DNA of 64,000 bases from Azolla caroliniana (lineage: Eukaryota > Plantae > Polypodiophyta): the NCBI GenBank assembly GCA_043228905.1, contig JBHGNT010000014.1, positions 4,154,001-4,218,000 on the forward strand. Reading direction: 5' to 3'. The position numbers and the translations under genes were made by a program. The notes beneath the pieces are model-generated. The model was not told the origin of the DNA and did no database searches. It saw nothing but the letters and a program-made list of their open reading frames with translations. Positions 1-12,959 of this stretch are shown one piece after another (the stretch's first letter is position 1; every line of letters starts with the position of its first letter).

Positions 1-118
1 GACTTTAGCCCAAACATCAATTGATAATGAAGAATCTGATTTTACTCTATCCATAAAACATTTGTAATCGTAAACGGAAAGCACAACGTGAATGAGAAAA
101 TCGGCATATTGTTGTAAG

Positions 119-370
119 CATAGTACGTAATATACTCGAATGCATTGGCAAACATTCTTTTCCATACAAATGCAAAACATATGCGTATGTTACCAAAAGA
201 TTCTTACGTTTTTTTTAAACACTTTTTACCTTGAATTTTTTTTTACCTTATAATAAATAATGAATACAAAAGTATGGTATTTACCATACTTCAAGGGTGT
301 TTACCATACTCGAATGATTGAAACATTCTCAAATGTGATTGCATGTATGGTACATATGGTTCATACTACG
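119..370. mobile_element. hAT-type MITE (252 bp)
   Basis: Perfect 8-bp TSD GTTGTAAG at 111-118 and 371-378. Imperfect TIRs CATAGTACG / CATACTACG. Subterminal GTATGGTA/TACCATAC motifs. An 8-bp TSD is typical of hAT. Confidence 0.8.
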
Positions 371-1061
371 GTTGTAAGTTTGTTTCAAGCTATTCCTCCA
401 CCATTGTATGCATTCGGAGGAGCTTTTTCAAAAGGCTCTAGGTTGCCGTCTACATTATATCATTATAGATGCAGTATGTGCCTCAACAAAACAAATTCTC
501 AACATTCCTCAAGGAGTGATCAATAAGAACTCATGACAAAAATGAGTAACAGAGACTATCTCATGGGAGAGAATGACCTATTGGATAGTGCCTCAAGACA
601 ACACCTTTGCTAAAGAAGGGCATGTCATCAAGGAGCTACCTTGTAGGAGCTTCATCCTCATCAAGAGCACAAGAATCAAATCTCATATCATCCTATTGTG
701 AAGTGTACAGTAAGTTGTGAGCTACAATCTTAGGCACATGTGCATGTTCTTGTAACATTCTCCTTCTGAACAAAGTTGATTGATGCGTTATTTTTTGCTT
801 TTCCCATCATTGGGCTCACCAAGCAATCAATTATGAGATGCCAAAGGAACTCCTTCTATGCCTACCACGATGCTCTTGTAAAGCTTAACCTACTTTTGAA
901 TGTTAGTTGATGTCAATGTTGAGTTTCTAGACATTTATGTTTTCGAAGGTCTTAAGCAACTTTTCCTTGAGACGATAGTGCATGCATTAGGAGGAAGAAG
1001 CAACAACATGGCTCTCTATGGAGAATACTTCTTCATTTACCCACGCTTCTTCCGTCTTTCT

Positions 1062-1150
1062 TAACCTAAACTTCCTTTCTTGGAGCTTGTAACCTAAACT
1101 TCCCTTCTTGGTGCTACTAACCCAAACTTCTTTTCTTGGTGATTCTAACC
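1062..1150. repeat. 28-bp tandem repeat, ~3.2 copies
   Basis: Units TAACC(T/C)AAACTTC(C/T)(T/C)TTCTTGG.. start at 1062, 1090, 1118 and 1146. Confidence 0.85.
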
Positions 1151-1780
1151 TGGCAGTATGTATGACGACCCCTATTATCTTGTCCTAAAACAGACTTTTT
1201 GACTTATCTTTGATGAGAATATGAGGCAGTCCTCTTAAGCAGGTAAGCTGAAGATGCACAAGGCAAGGAAAGAGGGATCTATTGCATTCTTTAGTGTTAC
1301 AAGCATGTAACCATTGAAGCACTACAAATAAAACATGAGAACATAAATCACGTGACAAGAAAAGGCAGACTTGCCATTATTCTTTAAGAGTTCAGTTCAT
1401 ATAATCTTCAAAGATTGAAAAATACAACAGGATGGCAGAAATCTAGCGAGTACCATGCCATGCCATAAGAGGCTCTAAATCTGTGTGCGGCAGCGCCTTG
1501 TGGAAAATATCACAATGACGATCCCAGCAGATACATAGATATGGACCAAGAAATCATGGAATGATGCCTTTATGAGACCAAGATGGTCTGGGCTCATAAT
1601 TTATATGACCAGATAGCTAGACGAATGGAAGAAAGTTTTTGTACAGTTTGAACTTTGATCTTTTATGTTCTTCATGATGAGAATCATTGATGCTGAAAAT
1701 GCCCAAGTAGCTTTCTGCGATGACCTTAACACCACGAAAAGAAGCCATATATACTAATACAAGAAGCATGTCAATCTCTC

Positions 1781-4700
1781 TCATAAAACCTTCTTTATGT
1801 CCTCATGAAATCTCTCTATTCCATCCAGAAATTTACGACAGCTATTCAGGACAGCCACATGAAAAGCACTTGCATTATCTAGGAAAACAAAATGCCCACC
1901 CTGCACAAAAGAAATACTCAATCATGATTCTTAAGAAAAACAATGCGTTCATAATAACTTCAATCAAAAGAGATATTATGAGCGACTACTAAAAATTAAA
2001 AAAACTGAAAGTACCTTCTCGATCCTCACTATGTCTCTAGGAACTGTCATTTTACTGCAAGCATCCTGAGCTCCTCTATAATCCATCCAATCTTCTTTAC
2101 CGTAGATGAAAGATGTTGGAACCTTCCACTCAGCCGCCCTAGTATATGTGTAGAATGTATTTATTTAAAGAATACTAACATCTAATTATTGCAGTTAAAG
2201 AGCAGAATTATGAGGTGAAAGAAGCTTAACATCAAAATGCAAAGCAGACAATATGATAATTAGAATCATGAAAAAAACACTGAAATATGCTTCAAATAGA
2301 AAGGAGAGCCATCAAGGTACCAACCAACCTTTCTAAGAGTGGCTTCTTTGCAAAAGCTCCGAAAGCAAAGATGTATTTGAGGCACAACTCTCCACTAGCC
2401 TTGCCAGCTAACGTGTGATATACATAATCTGCGAAATGTATTTGGATAATGAATCAACTTTAATCTCATAAATCCAAAGTTTTTTACCTTTGAAGATTAT
2501 CGTGTTTTTCCTGCTACATTAGCCATAACCAACCTGATAGCAAATCAGACTCCTCTTCGCTCAACATAGTACCAACGGATGTCGAACCAAATCGTCTACT
2601 TGTGTAATTTCGTACTAAATCAGGACCCCAACGACCTGCAGTTCTGTGAGAAATGAAAAGCCAACAACGTTAACTCATAATATAAAGGAGTACACATCTC
2701 TTATTCACAAAGAAAGAATGTGGGGAAAGAACTTCAAAATACCCCCGAGTTTTTGTTCATTCCTCAAAACACTTGGAAATTTTCATTTCTTCCCCAGTAG
2801 AAATAAAAGAGCATGAATTGAGAATATAATTGCTCTAACAGCACATCTAATTGAGAAGGGGACAAATACCATATCATTTGTCAAATACCACGAATACATG
2901 TATGACAGTGGATTGATCACAATAAGTGGGGGAAAGAAAGACAAACTCATGGGTACTTCAGAAATACATTAACCATACCTAATAATGAGTACATAACCAT
3001 ACCTAACAACCTTCTGTGGAGTGAAGTTTGATTCCCATAGATGGCTTAGTATAGCTCCTTTCCATGTGGCTTTGAACCTGAGAATCCACTCTGACTTTTC
3101 ATCTGTCTCTGCAGAGAACCCAGCTGGACCAACCAATATTAAATGTTGTACACGCTCTGGATGCTGGGAAAAGGAATATGATAGAAATACCCCAATGCTT
3201 ATATCAATAGTTAAAACATCCAAAAAATGTATAAATTCTTCCATATTATTCTCACCTTCAGCGCATATTTCGCAGCAACATAGCCTCCAAAAGAGTGACC
3301 CAATAGAATGAAATTTTCTAATTTTTTGGCTTCCCGCCATGCTTCAAATGAATCAATGAACCATGCTTCTGTTTCTGTAAACAGAAAATCAATGCTCAGA
3401 ATAGTATATCTACACCTTCTTAGAGGAAGGAAACTCTCCATATTATACAGATGATGATGATAATGATGATATATTAATGTCCTCAGGGTCTGAAGGGCAG
3501 GCAGAAACTTCATGTACACATACATATGTATATGTATAATGGATACTCTCCCAGAAGTCAATTCAGAATAACCATATCACATCAAATATTAGATTCTATG
3601 ATAAAATCCAATCCATATTCACAGCACAATTCATCGAGACACTAGCTAACCTTCAGTCGTCTTGCAAGTAAAATCTGGTCGACTTGAGGCACCCCACCTA
3701 CAAACCTAAGAGTATTTTAATCAACAAGACGCATGTGTGATCGTAGAACCATGTCCAAACAATTGGATTTTTCCAGATTAAACATATAAAGTGCTCACCC
3801 AAGCTGATCTATCGCGATCACATTGAAATGATTGGCAAGAGCATCAAAGTTTCGAAAGAAAAATCCTTGTGATGCTCCATAGCCATGCACCATAACAAGT
3901 GTAGGGGATTTCTCTGACTTCTTTTCAAAAGTGACCGTGTTGATGTATCTCGTCTCAGAACTAACCGATCTGAACCAGTTTAGTCCTGTTCCAGGAGGTC
4001 CTGAACCAATATCCACCTGTTCTTGAAGGTATGGAGTCCTGTAAGTTCAAACATGATGAGGAAGTGTCACATGAAATAAGTAACATATCGTGCAATTTTA
4101 AACCTATGAAAGTGCCACAAAAGAACAATGAATATTGAATGATAAAATCCAATCCAGAACCCTCAGAGCTGCCACAAAAGAAGAGTGCACATCAAAGACA
4201 CAGTGTGTCACACAAGTTGGTACCATACCGAAAAACATTAAAGGTTACAATATACGGTGTCATTTCAAACCCTATGAAGTGCCAAAGAAAACAGCCAAAC
4301 ATCAATAGATATAGTTGCAATTGCAAACCCTATAAACTGTCATAAAGAACTGTCAAATATTGGAAGGTGTCGTTGCAATAGCAAACCCTAGGATGTGCCA
4401 CAAAAAACAGCCAAACATTGGACGATAAAGTTGCAATCTCAAAATTTATGAAGAGCTACAAAACAGTAAGCATTGGAGATACAGTGAAACTGCAAAGCTT
4501 ACACTAGAAATTTGTAATCTGTATTTCAAACCTTATGCTAGGGATTTGGATCTTAATATGCAAGAAGTTACAGTCAAATTGAAAATCATCATCAAAGCAC
4601 AGACAAGAACAAATAAAAGATGTGTCGCTAATTGCACAATCATCTGTGAATATGAAAAACAGTACAATTACATGCAGTGCCAGAATCCGATCTTGAATGA

Positions 4701-5164
4701 AGAGTATCCATTTGCAGACATATATACACATCTAAACACGAAAGGAATATCTATTTCAAGCCCTGTTACAAAGTACAGGACTTTTGACCTTAAACTGAGA
4801 ATATATAATGTAATCCAAGTCCTTATATCAAAGTTCAGACATTCATTCTTATGAGCACAACTACCGAGAATGCAGTGCATTTCCACGCTTATGCCATGAA
4901 TTTCGATCTCAAACTGCGAAGAAATAATCTACAATACAAATCCCTAACGAAGTGCAGACATAAAAAGCAATGACAAGTGTATATGAAATGTCAGGATTTA
5001 CAGAAAAAAAGGCAAAATTTTACAATTTCAAAGCAATAAGTGAGGATGATGTTAAACAAACCAGGCGCATGGATTCACAGGAATGGCAACAAGAATAGGA
5101 TTTAAGCTAGGATTCCGAGGGAGAGACAAATATGTGAGTAAACATATCCCTTTGGGAACAAGAT

Positions 5165-5213
<49 letters not shown>

Positions 5214-5421
5214 ACTTGATTCGAGAGAGTAATCTTTGCTCTGATGCGATGATTTCTTCTTTGGAGGTGGGAACCCATCGGATGCGTTGCTGCAATGTCT
5301 TGTGCCACGATGAAAAAGAAGAAGGTGCTGAAGAAGAAGAAGAAGACGAAGAAGAAGCCATGCGATCCCAGAGCTTCTTTGAAGACTTTCGACCGGCTGC
5401 AACGCCTCTGATGGAGCGCAT
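1781..5421 (-). CDS. CGI-58: CGI-58/ABHD5-like alpha/beta hydrolase, 1-acylglycerol-3-phosphate O-acyltransferase (At4g24160-like), 9 exons, ~408 aa
   Basis: Exons on the minus strand, all GT-AG and phase-consistent: 5421-5216, 4038-3799, 3697-3651, 3374-3256, 3163-3003, 2643-2534, 2428-2329, 2138-2015, 1900-1781 (1227 nt). Motifs: RWVPTS, LVMVHGYGASQGFFFRNFDAL, IDQLGWGASSRPDF, nucleophile elbow GHSFGG, YGKEDWM, and the C-terminal HX4D acyltransferase motif HFVFLD. Alternative start ATG at 5361. Confidence 0.93.
4100..4500. repeat. Degenerate ~58-bp minisatellite in intron 1 of the CGI-58 gene
   Basis: AAACCCTA..GTGCCA(C/A)AAA.AACA..AA.AT units recur at ~4100, 4158, 4267, 4325, 4383 and 4441. 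Confidence 0.65.
5166..5210. repeat. (GA)n microsatellite at the 5' end of intron 1
   Basis: Read directly from the sequence. Confidence 0.95.
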
Positions 5422-5644
5422 ACGAAGAAGAAAGAAAGAGAAGAAAGAGAAGCGAATGCCCTTCCTTCCTTTAAATCTTCTTCCTTTGATTTCCACTTCT
5501 TCTCTTTCCTTCTGTCAGTCTTCCTCTCATCTGTGAAGACCAAGCTCTCTGTCTGTCTGTCTGCGCGTGCGTGCGTGCGTGCGTGCGTGCGTCAGATGTT
5601 TTCTTCTTCTCCAAGGAAGAAGCATGAATCTCTGACTCTCAGGA

Positions 5645-6049
5645 CTCTTAGTAGCAATCTGCAGCCGAACCGAACCGAACCGAACCGAGAAACCGAGGCG
5701 GTCCCGTTGTTAACGGTCCCGTTGCGGTTTGGGATTTACTTGTTCGGTTCACTTTGGTTCTTTATCAGTGTAACAGTTTTCGGTTTGAACGGTTCAAACA
5801 GTTTTCAAATTTTAAATGTGAAATTTTTGAAATTTGACCAAACTTGAGAACCAGAACTGAACCGTGAAACAACAGTTTTTACGGTTTAAAGGTTTGAAAG
5901 TCTTTAAAACCGTTTGGCTTGAGCTTGAATTTTTTGTAACTATTCGGTTTAAACGGTTTCATGGTTTGGTTTGGTTTAAGTTTCAATTTTTTTGAACAGC
6001 TCGAGTTTGACACTCTCGAACCGAACCGTTACCGATTGTTACTTAAGAG
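5645..6049. mobile_element. MITE-like element with AACCG subterminal repeats, directly upstream of the CGI-58 gene
   Basis: Imperfect inverted ends CTCTTA-GTAGCAATC (5645-5659) and GATTGTTACTTAAGAG (6034-6049). Many AACCG/CGGTT motifs, as in hAT-derived MITEs. No TSD recognisable. Confidence 0.6.
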
Positions 6050-7084
6050 CAGAGCATTCATGGCATGGCATGGGGTTGGGTGGATGGGTGAACGGGCAAC
6101 GGGGGGCCACCACTCGACAACCGACATTGCCAACCTGATCTTTTATTATTGTGTGTTTGCGATTCACAATCCTGTCCCGTTCTTGTCCATATGCATGCTT
6201 GCTTCCTAAGACCATGTATCTTGCTCGCATACATTCTATTTAGATGGATGTTGGTTGATCGTTCAATTTTTCTCTCAAAACCCCGGTGCTTCTTTGAAAG
6301 TGTCCGCCATGACCTACCTACCACCAATCATGCATCGGTCAATACAATCATCTACGGGAACGTGATAATCGGTTCCATCCACTTTTCCAAAGAATTGGAC
6401 ATGCACAATGAGACTAATCAACACAATGACAACGTCTGAGGCAACCAGAAAATTACACTAGAAAGAGGGCACCACATGCGACAATTACAATTTACAACTA
6501 AGATTGGTATAACAACATAAGCGTAATCTCACACACAAGTTGATAAAGAGATGTGACACGATACCTTGAACAAGTTCAACAACCTTAGTTCTCTCAATTC
6601 GCATCGCTTTAATACAAAAGGTTATTAGCTTTTGCAACTGGCTCAACATGCACATTTAGCTCCGTGGTTTCCCACTCCATTGATCACAATAGTCAATGCT
6701 CCGGCATGTGCTCCTACATGATCATTCATTTCTTCTTCTTTTAATGCATGTTTGCTACTGCCCGGGATGCTTTACACTAGCTTCTTTACTAGCTCAAGTA
6801 TCAAGGCCTTCTTAAGGGCATACACATTTGTTCTCCACCAATGGATAATGCTCCAACTTCACATTTTTCATCCGAAATGAGCCCTCAAATGTAGCCATGT
6901 GGATCTTGATATGAATTTTCCAACATCCCATTTCTTTGCAATAACAATGCAACTTCAATTATTGCACAATACTAAGTTTGATTTTATGTTCAGAGCTTAC
7001 TCAATCGCTTTGCATCATCTCACACATAGCTCGCCACCTTGTATTTGGATTTCTTCCACCGAGGACAAAGGGATATTCAACTTC

Positions 7085-8900
7085 TGCCTTTTAATACCTT
7101 GGATTAAGTGATGGTTCAATACGATCATAATGCCTAATTGTGTGGAGCTACTGTATGTGGGCCAACGAGGCTTTGACAATGTTGTATTTTATTCTTTTGA
7201 ACATCAAAGTGTGGTGCTAGAAAAAATTCCAATTTTCTTTGATAAAGCATTGCTAATGTGATGCAATGGTCGCCAATGGTTAAATAAGAACCCCTTGTTT
7301 GAGTGACAATCAATTATATATGAAGGACTCATTTTTGTGGCTACTTTTACTGGATCTTATGGTTCAAACAAGTAAAATCTTTATTCACTTCATGCTAATT
7401 CTACAAATAAATGTAGACTTGCATGTTATGGAACAAAGTCAAACGTTGTCATTATGGTCTTGTATGAACACACCTAGGTTGGAGTGACTTTGTGTTAAAT
7501 TGACGTGGGAGACATTTTCCGGTTGTGAATTGGGGAATGCCTACATTATGTACCACCATCATGAAGAATCCTCTCGAGAGGCTAGGAGGGAAGAAAAAAG
7601 AGAGAGGTTGATTGTTAGTTCTTGATATGGTTATGGACTTGCATGTTATGGAACAAAGTCAAACGTTGTCATTATGGTCTTGTATGAACACACCTAGGTT
7701 GGAGTGACTTTGTCTTAAATTGACGTGGGAGACATTTTCCGGTTGTGAATTGGGGAATGCCTACATTATGTATCACCATCATGAAGAATCCTCTCGAGAG
7801 GCTAGGAGGGAAGAAAAAAGAGAGAGATTGATTGTTAGTTCTTGATATGGTTATGGATGAAGGAACATTGAATTAGATGTATGATGAGGATAATTAAGTT
7901 CAAAGTCATGGTCCTAATAATGAAGAGAAACAACCAATTGTGGAGAAAATAATGACATCATGCAAAAGGAGAGATGAAAGGGAAAGCATACTAAGGAATC
8001 ATATACTCCTCTTGGTTGAAGCCTAAGAGAATGTCTTAGGAAGGATCCTCGGGGAAAACAAATATCAAGGTATAGGGTTTACCTTTGAATTGCAATTTGA
8101 TTCTTTGGGTTGGGTTGTATGTCCACCCAATGCTCAAGGGTGTCTCATCCTCGAGGGCCTAGACAAATGGTCTCTATAAATGGCTTTGGAGGTCGTGCAT
8201 GCAAATCTTTATGTAGTATTTGAAAATGCATTGAGTAATTTTATGCAAGTAGTTACTTCGAAAGAACAAGGGCTTAAATACGGGTAATTGCATGAAAGTT
8301 GTGTCATGGAATGTAATTGGGGCATGTTCCCCCCATAAGAATTATATACTATGTCAATCTTCTTGTGTAGAAATATATTGTGTGTTCTTGAGCGCAAGTC
8401 TCATGCCATTGCAAGATCTGTACTTCATTTGTGCAAATATTCTTCATTTTATGCAAGACAAGTTCCTCATAATTATTTAGGTGTAGTAATGATGGTGGAT
8501 GACAAGCATTGTCCACGACTTGTGTGTAATAATCCTCCTGGTCAATTTTTTGGTGTTCAAGTCGGTGGGGATTTATGTCCCTAATAATGTTACTCAACAT
8601 ATTGAGTTATGGTCTTCCATACATCAAAATTAATGCATGGGTGTTGCAAGATTGTTTATGGGCAGTTGGATAGAATGTCTAATGCACAATGATGAATTAC
8701 TTCTTATGATAGTTGCACGAGATGTGGAGTCTTTTCACCACCTACCTCTTTTGCTCTAAGTTTTATGAGCAATTGAAAGACATGTTTTCACCACTTACCT
8801 CTTTTGCTTTAAGTTTATGAGTAATCGAAAGACATGCATGGATTAATGCTTTAAATGGCCCATACGCCCAATTAGACTCTTTCATGGAACAAAACTTTGT
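7085..8900 (+). pseudogene. Decayed LINE fragment (end of ORF1 plus endonuclease start), same family as the LINE at 25451-35110
   Basis: Translates to PWIK*WFNTIIMPNCVE..GFDNVVF..IPIFFDK, LCVKLTWETFSG and MKVVSWNVIGACSPHK. These match NWIKQWLNTIVSPNCVE..GFYDVVF..VPVFFDK, LCFKLKWETFAG and MKVVTWNVRGACSPHK at 33.9-35.0 kb. Ends approximate. Confidence 0.8.
7416..7855. repeat. 220-bp near-perfect tandem duplication
   Basis: GACTTGCATGTTATGGAACAAAG... starts at 7416 and again at 7636, with only a few mismatches between copies. Confidence 0.95.
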
Positions 8901-8961
8901 GGCCTTTTCCCCAAAATGTGGGTAGAAATGGTGTTTGAGGAATGGGTTTAGCGTTAAAAAG

Positions 8962-9045
8962 TGTTTAGAATTAGGTAATTAAGCAAGGGTTAATTAGTAC
9001 CTATTTATGTGATAAGTTCATAAGCAAAAGATTAAGTGATATGTG

Positions 9046-9085
<40 letters not shown>

Positions 9086-9413
9086 GAAGTTAACACTTAT
9101 GAACAACACAAGATGAGGGATGATTAACTCTATATTAAATTAGCATTATTATCATCAAATACAAAAAAACCCACAATGAGGTATATATAGATCTCATGTG
9201 CAACGATGCACATATGTGAGGAGAATATAGGTACAAGGGTGTAAGTCCTATATTAAATGTAATTGGGAGTGGAGGATCTAGAATATCCCACTTAAGTACA
9301 AGGTCCTATTTAAGGCATTAGTGTCAATACTTCTAACTAGATTCTATCTAGGTAACTACGAAGTTACATGGTTGACTAACTAACTAAACTAAGTTGAGCT
9401 TGCTCTCTCAACA
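8962..9413 (-). mobile_element. Probable copia solo LTR
   Basis: The minus strand starts TGTTGAGAGAGCAAGCTCAACTT, like the copia LTR at 58410 (TGTTGAGAATCAAGCTCAACTT). Contains TATA and (CT)n. Candidate TSD AAAAG/AAAAT. Left end uncertain. Confidence 0.55.
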
Positions 9414-10498
9414 AAAATATATTAATTTTGTTAATCAGATTTATGGGGTCACTAATACCTAATGATATTTACCCATTAATTCTCCCAAATCCTCTCAAGA
9501 TGAAATGCTTTAACAAAACCAATTGGAATGTCAAATTGATCAAAATCACTTGATGTAGTGGTGATGAGTTGACTCGTCAATCCAATTTTGAACCATCATC
9601 AAGGTTATGAGAGTGCTAGCCAACATGGGTGAAAATGGCAATTGTTAAGCGCGCTGAAGTAAAACGTATCATCATCCAAAATGGACAAGTCCACTATGTG
9701 AAGATTTTGTCAAGCATGAGATCAGATCGTGTCTAAAAGACAATAGTTGATTTGTTGGTTTTAAAATAAATTTCACTACGGTGAGAGTGATGCTCAATAT
9801 ATGCATTGGATTACTTTTGCAAAATGTTGAGGTGAAGCATACTATCGATGCAATCTTTGGCAAGTTCAAGCAATTGATCTTCACACTCATGTCAAGATAA
9901 TCCTCATAGAGACGAAAATTGAACAATCTAATATTTGCGCAACATCATCGCTTCGAAGCCAAATATGACTTGAAATGGGGTTACCTAAATGGCTTGTTTG
10001 GAAAGCTAAAATCATGGATGTATTGAAGTGTTTTGTTTATTGAGTCAACCATTCCTTTTGCTTGCAAGTAGTATGTTGTGTTTTATTTTTGCACAAACAT
10101 AATGGTTAATGAGATTCATGGTAACCTGGTTGATGTAGTGTCTATCTTGCTCACTAACAAGATCGATTACTAAATCAAATTGGCACTAGATTTATTCATA
10201 AAGGAACCATGTCATCATGTTCTCAAGGAATGCCTTAGCCTTTGCCCACTTGGTTCAACCCATCTCTACAAGAACCTAGTGATTTCCTGTTTGGGCTACA
10301 ATGAGAGTGAAGGGGCTATCAAAAAACTCGTCAATGATAGCTATGGTGACATGTAATCAACAATCATGTATTGTTTACCAAGACTGTTAAAGATGTAGAA
10401 CTCAAGCACTAAGACTAATATCATCTAACAAGCGAGTTTGCGAATTATAATGACCTTCACCACCAAAGAACTCCATCTTATGATGGTACAATTGGTAC

Positions 10499-11379
10499 CA
10501 TGGTTGTTTACGTACCCGTATTTAACATTTAAATACGTATAGTACCTCATCATTTGTATAGTACGTACTATACCTCAATGTTGTTCAGTCAAATATCATG
10601 TACATTTTTCCAATACAGTATTTAATGTATTTATAAAAAAACAGGTACAATACGTATTTATAAAGAAAATGTAAGTAAAACCCCAACAAAAACTAAAAGA
10701 AAAAAAAGATTTTAGTGAAAAAGAAGCCAAAGGAAGGAAGGAAGGACAACGATAAAGAAGAAGAAGAAGAAGAAGAAGAAGAGAGAGAGAAAAGAAGATA
10801 TAAACATGTCCTGACTCTAAGTGTGATAATCATAGAAGATAGAAGAAGAAGAAGAAGAAGAGAGAGAGAAAAGAAGATATAAACATGTCCTGACTCTAAG
10901 TGTGATAATCATAGAAGATAGAAGAAGAAGAAGAAGAAGAAAACGAAGAAACGAGAAACCTATCATGAGTGTGATGATCGTAGACGATTCCTCAATCTAT
11001 GAAGGCATAATTGTAAATAATTACAATTTGAAGTAGAACATCATGATACATATTGACATTGATTTATAGAATAAGGGAATGTCGACATCCATATTACTAC
11101 AAGTATTTTAGGATATGAAATGTTCAAATGTCTTATATGCATCATAGGATGTAGAACTATATTGTATGTATATCACAAAATTGTGTAAACATAGATGTTT
11201 TTTACAATATTATAGATATTTTTAGCAAGGTAAATAATTTCAAATTCTAGAAGTATTTAACGTACTATATGTAAATTACGTATTTTATAAATATTTAACA
11301 TATTTTTAAATTGGGAGGTACTATACGCGTATTAATACGTCATATACGTATGGTATCCATACCATACCTAACAACCTTG
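10499..11379. mobile_element. hAT-type non-autonomous element (881 bp)
   Basis: Perfect 8-bp TSD ATTGGTAC at 10491-10498 and 11380-11387. TIRs CATGGTTGTT / AACAACCTTG. TACGTA-rich subterminal regions. Internal ~80-bp (GAA)n-containing tandem duplication at ~10760-10940. Confidence 0.88.
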
Positions 11380-12242
11380 ATTGGTACATTCATTCTTCCT
11401 TAGATTTATGTGCATGTTCAAATCTCTAATTGGTATAAAGAGGTTTTGATTTGCCCCATCATACTATCAAGCACATGAGAAAGGTACATATCCATTAAAG
11501 GAGGCATGATGATGATGAATTTATTGTGAGATGATTTAGATAGAGGGCCTTCACTTTCCCACTCATGTTCTTTCATAACTCAATTTAATTGCATCAATTT
11601 GGATAACTTATTCTCTTCCACATTTGTCATGTTTAGGTGAGAGGTAAATGCAAGATATATTGAAATTGGAGTAGTGCATTTATATTTATACAATGCAACT
11701 CTTGCATTTCAAAATACAAATAATGATTATCTCCATGTTCATGTAGCCGCTTTAATGAAACTAGTGCCAATCTTGAATATTTTCTCTTTGAGAGTTCTCA
11801 AAATCAATTGAATACCAATCTTTGAATAATGCCTTGATCACTATTGGACTTGCTCCCATCTCTACTCTAAACCTATCCAATTATTTGCTCCATGAAAACT
11901 TGAACCCCAAGTTTCTTAGAAAAGAGTCCTTACAAGTGTATTAAACCACCACAATTTAGTTGATGGTTCATGGAACTGTTGTCCTCCACAAGCACCAAGA
12001 GCTATATATTCTTGAGAAAGTTGTGCATACAGAGCTTTGCTCTAAGAAAACTAAGTTCCCGTAAATTTTCTGGTTGTGATCTTGCTTGAATGGTGTTATA
12101 TGCCATCACTGTAATGCCGTATGATGTCTTTGCAATTTCTGTTAGAGAGCTAAATATCAACATAATACCATAAGCATGCAGATATATTGATGTAATTATC
12201 CTTACCAAGCATGTTCCTAAACCATCAAATCTTTCAAGCATG

Positions 12243-12660
12243 GAATAAATAAAGAAAGAAGAATGAATGAAAAATATATTAGCATCTTTTAAGAGACCAA
12301 TGTGGCCTATGAGACTGAACGAGAGATTGCATCTTCAAATCTTGTACCTCCCTCAGGAGAATAATGCAAAGACAACTTCTCATAAGCCTAGATACACCAG
12401 CGATGCTTGTGTGTATTCTACATGTTCCCTTAGTATTTAGGATTCATAGTCTAATCTAGTTGCAAGCTTGACTGGTTAAGGAACAAGACATTGATTTTTC
12501 CCAAGGTTGACTAACATGTCTCTCTCAGTACAACAAAATGTATGTGAAGCATGTAAATGCATCTGCAATCCTTTTTGAGTGCCTGACATCAACATAATAT
12601 CATCTGCATATAATAGTATAAAAATTAGCACCCTTACAAAAGACATCCTCTGTTTGCCTA
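12243..12660 (-). pseudogene. Decayed, internally deleted RTE-type LINE
   Basis: The minus strand encodes LIFILLYADDIMLMS...LVNLGK...VYLG. It ends in the RTE 3' motif GTCTCATAGGCCACATTGGTC..TAATATA plus a (TTCA/TTTC)n tail. Confidence 0.7.
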
Positions 12661-12959
12661 ATCTTTTGACATTGTTATAGATCTAATGAAAGAAAAAATT
12701 CTAAGACACTACATGATAAACATATTGACATTATTTTAGGGATCCTCTATTTTAGGGTATTACAATTGATAACCACCATTTCAGAAAACCCTATCAAGAT
12801 GGATACCAAGCATCCCCTCTCAAAAGCAAGAGAGAGCATTCCAAATCCAAATAGACAAAATGTAGCATGTCAAATTCTGGGTATTTAATTGACCTCTCTC
12901 TGAGCATTTAACTCGTAGGAGCAACCCATGTCAAATTCTCTAGCACTTCTCTCTGACCC

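Noticed and set aside
5422-5496. N-terminal extension of CGI-58 from ORF-track start 5496
   Set aside because: That start is GTG. The first in-frame ATG is at 5421.
9420-12240. Decayed transposase-like sequence around the hAT MITE (also 6440-7080)
   Set aside because: No motif I can identify with confidence.
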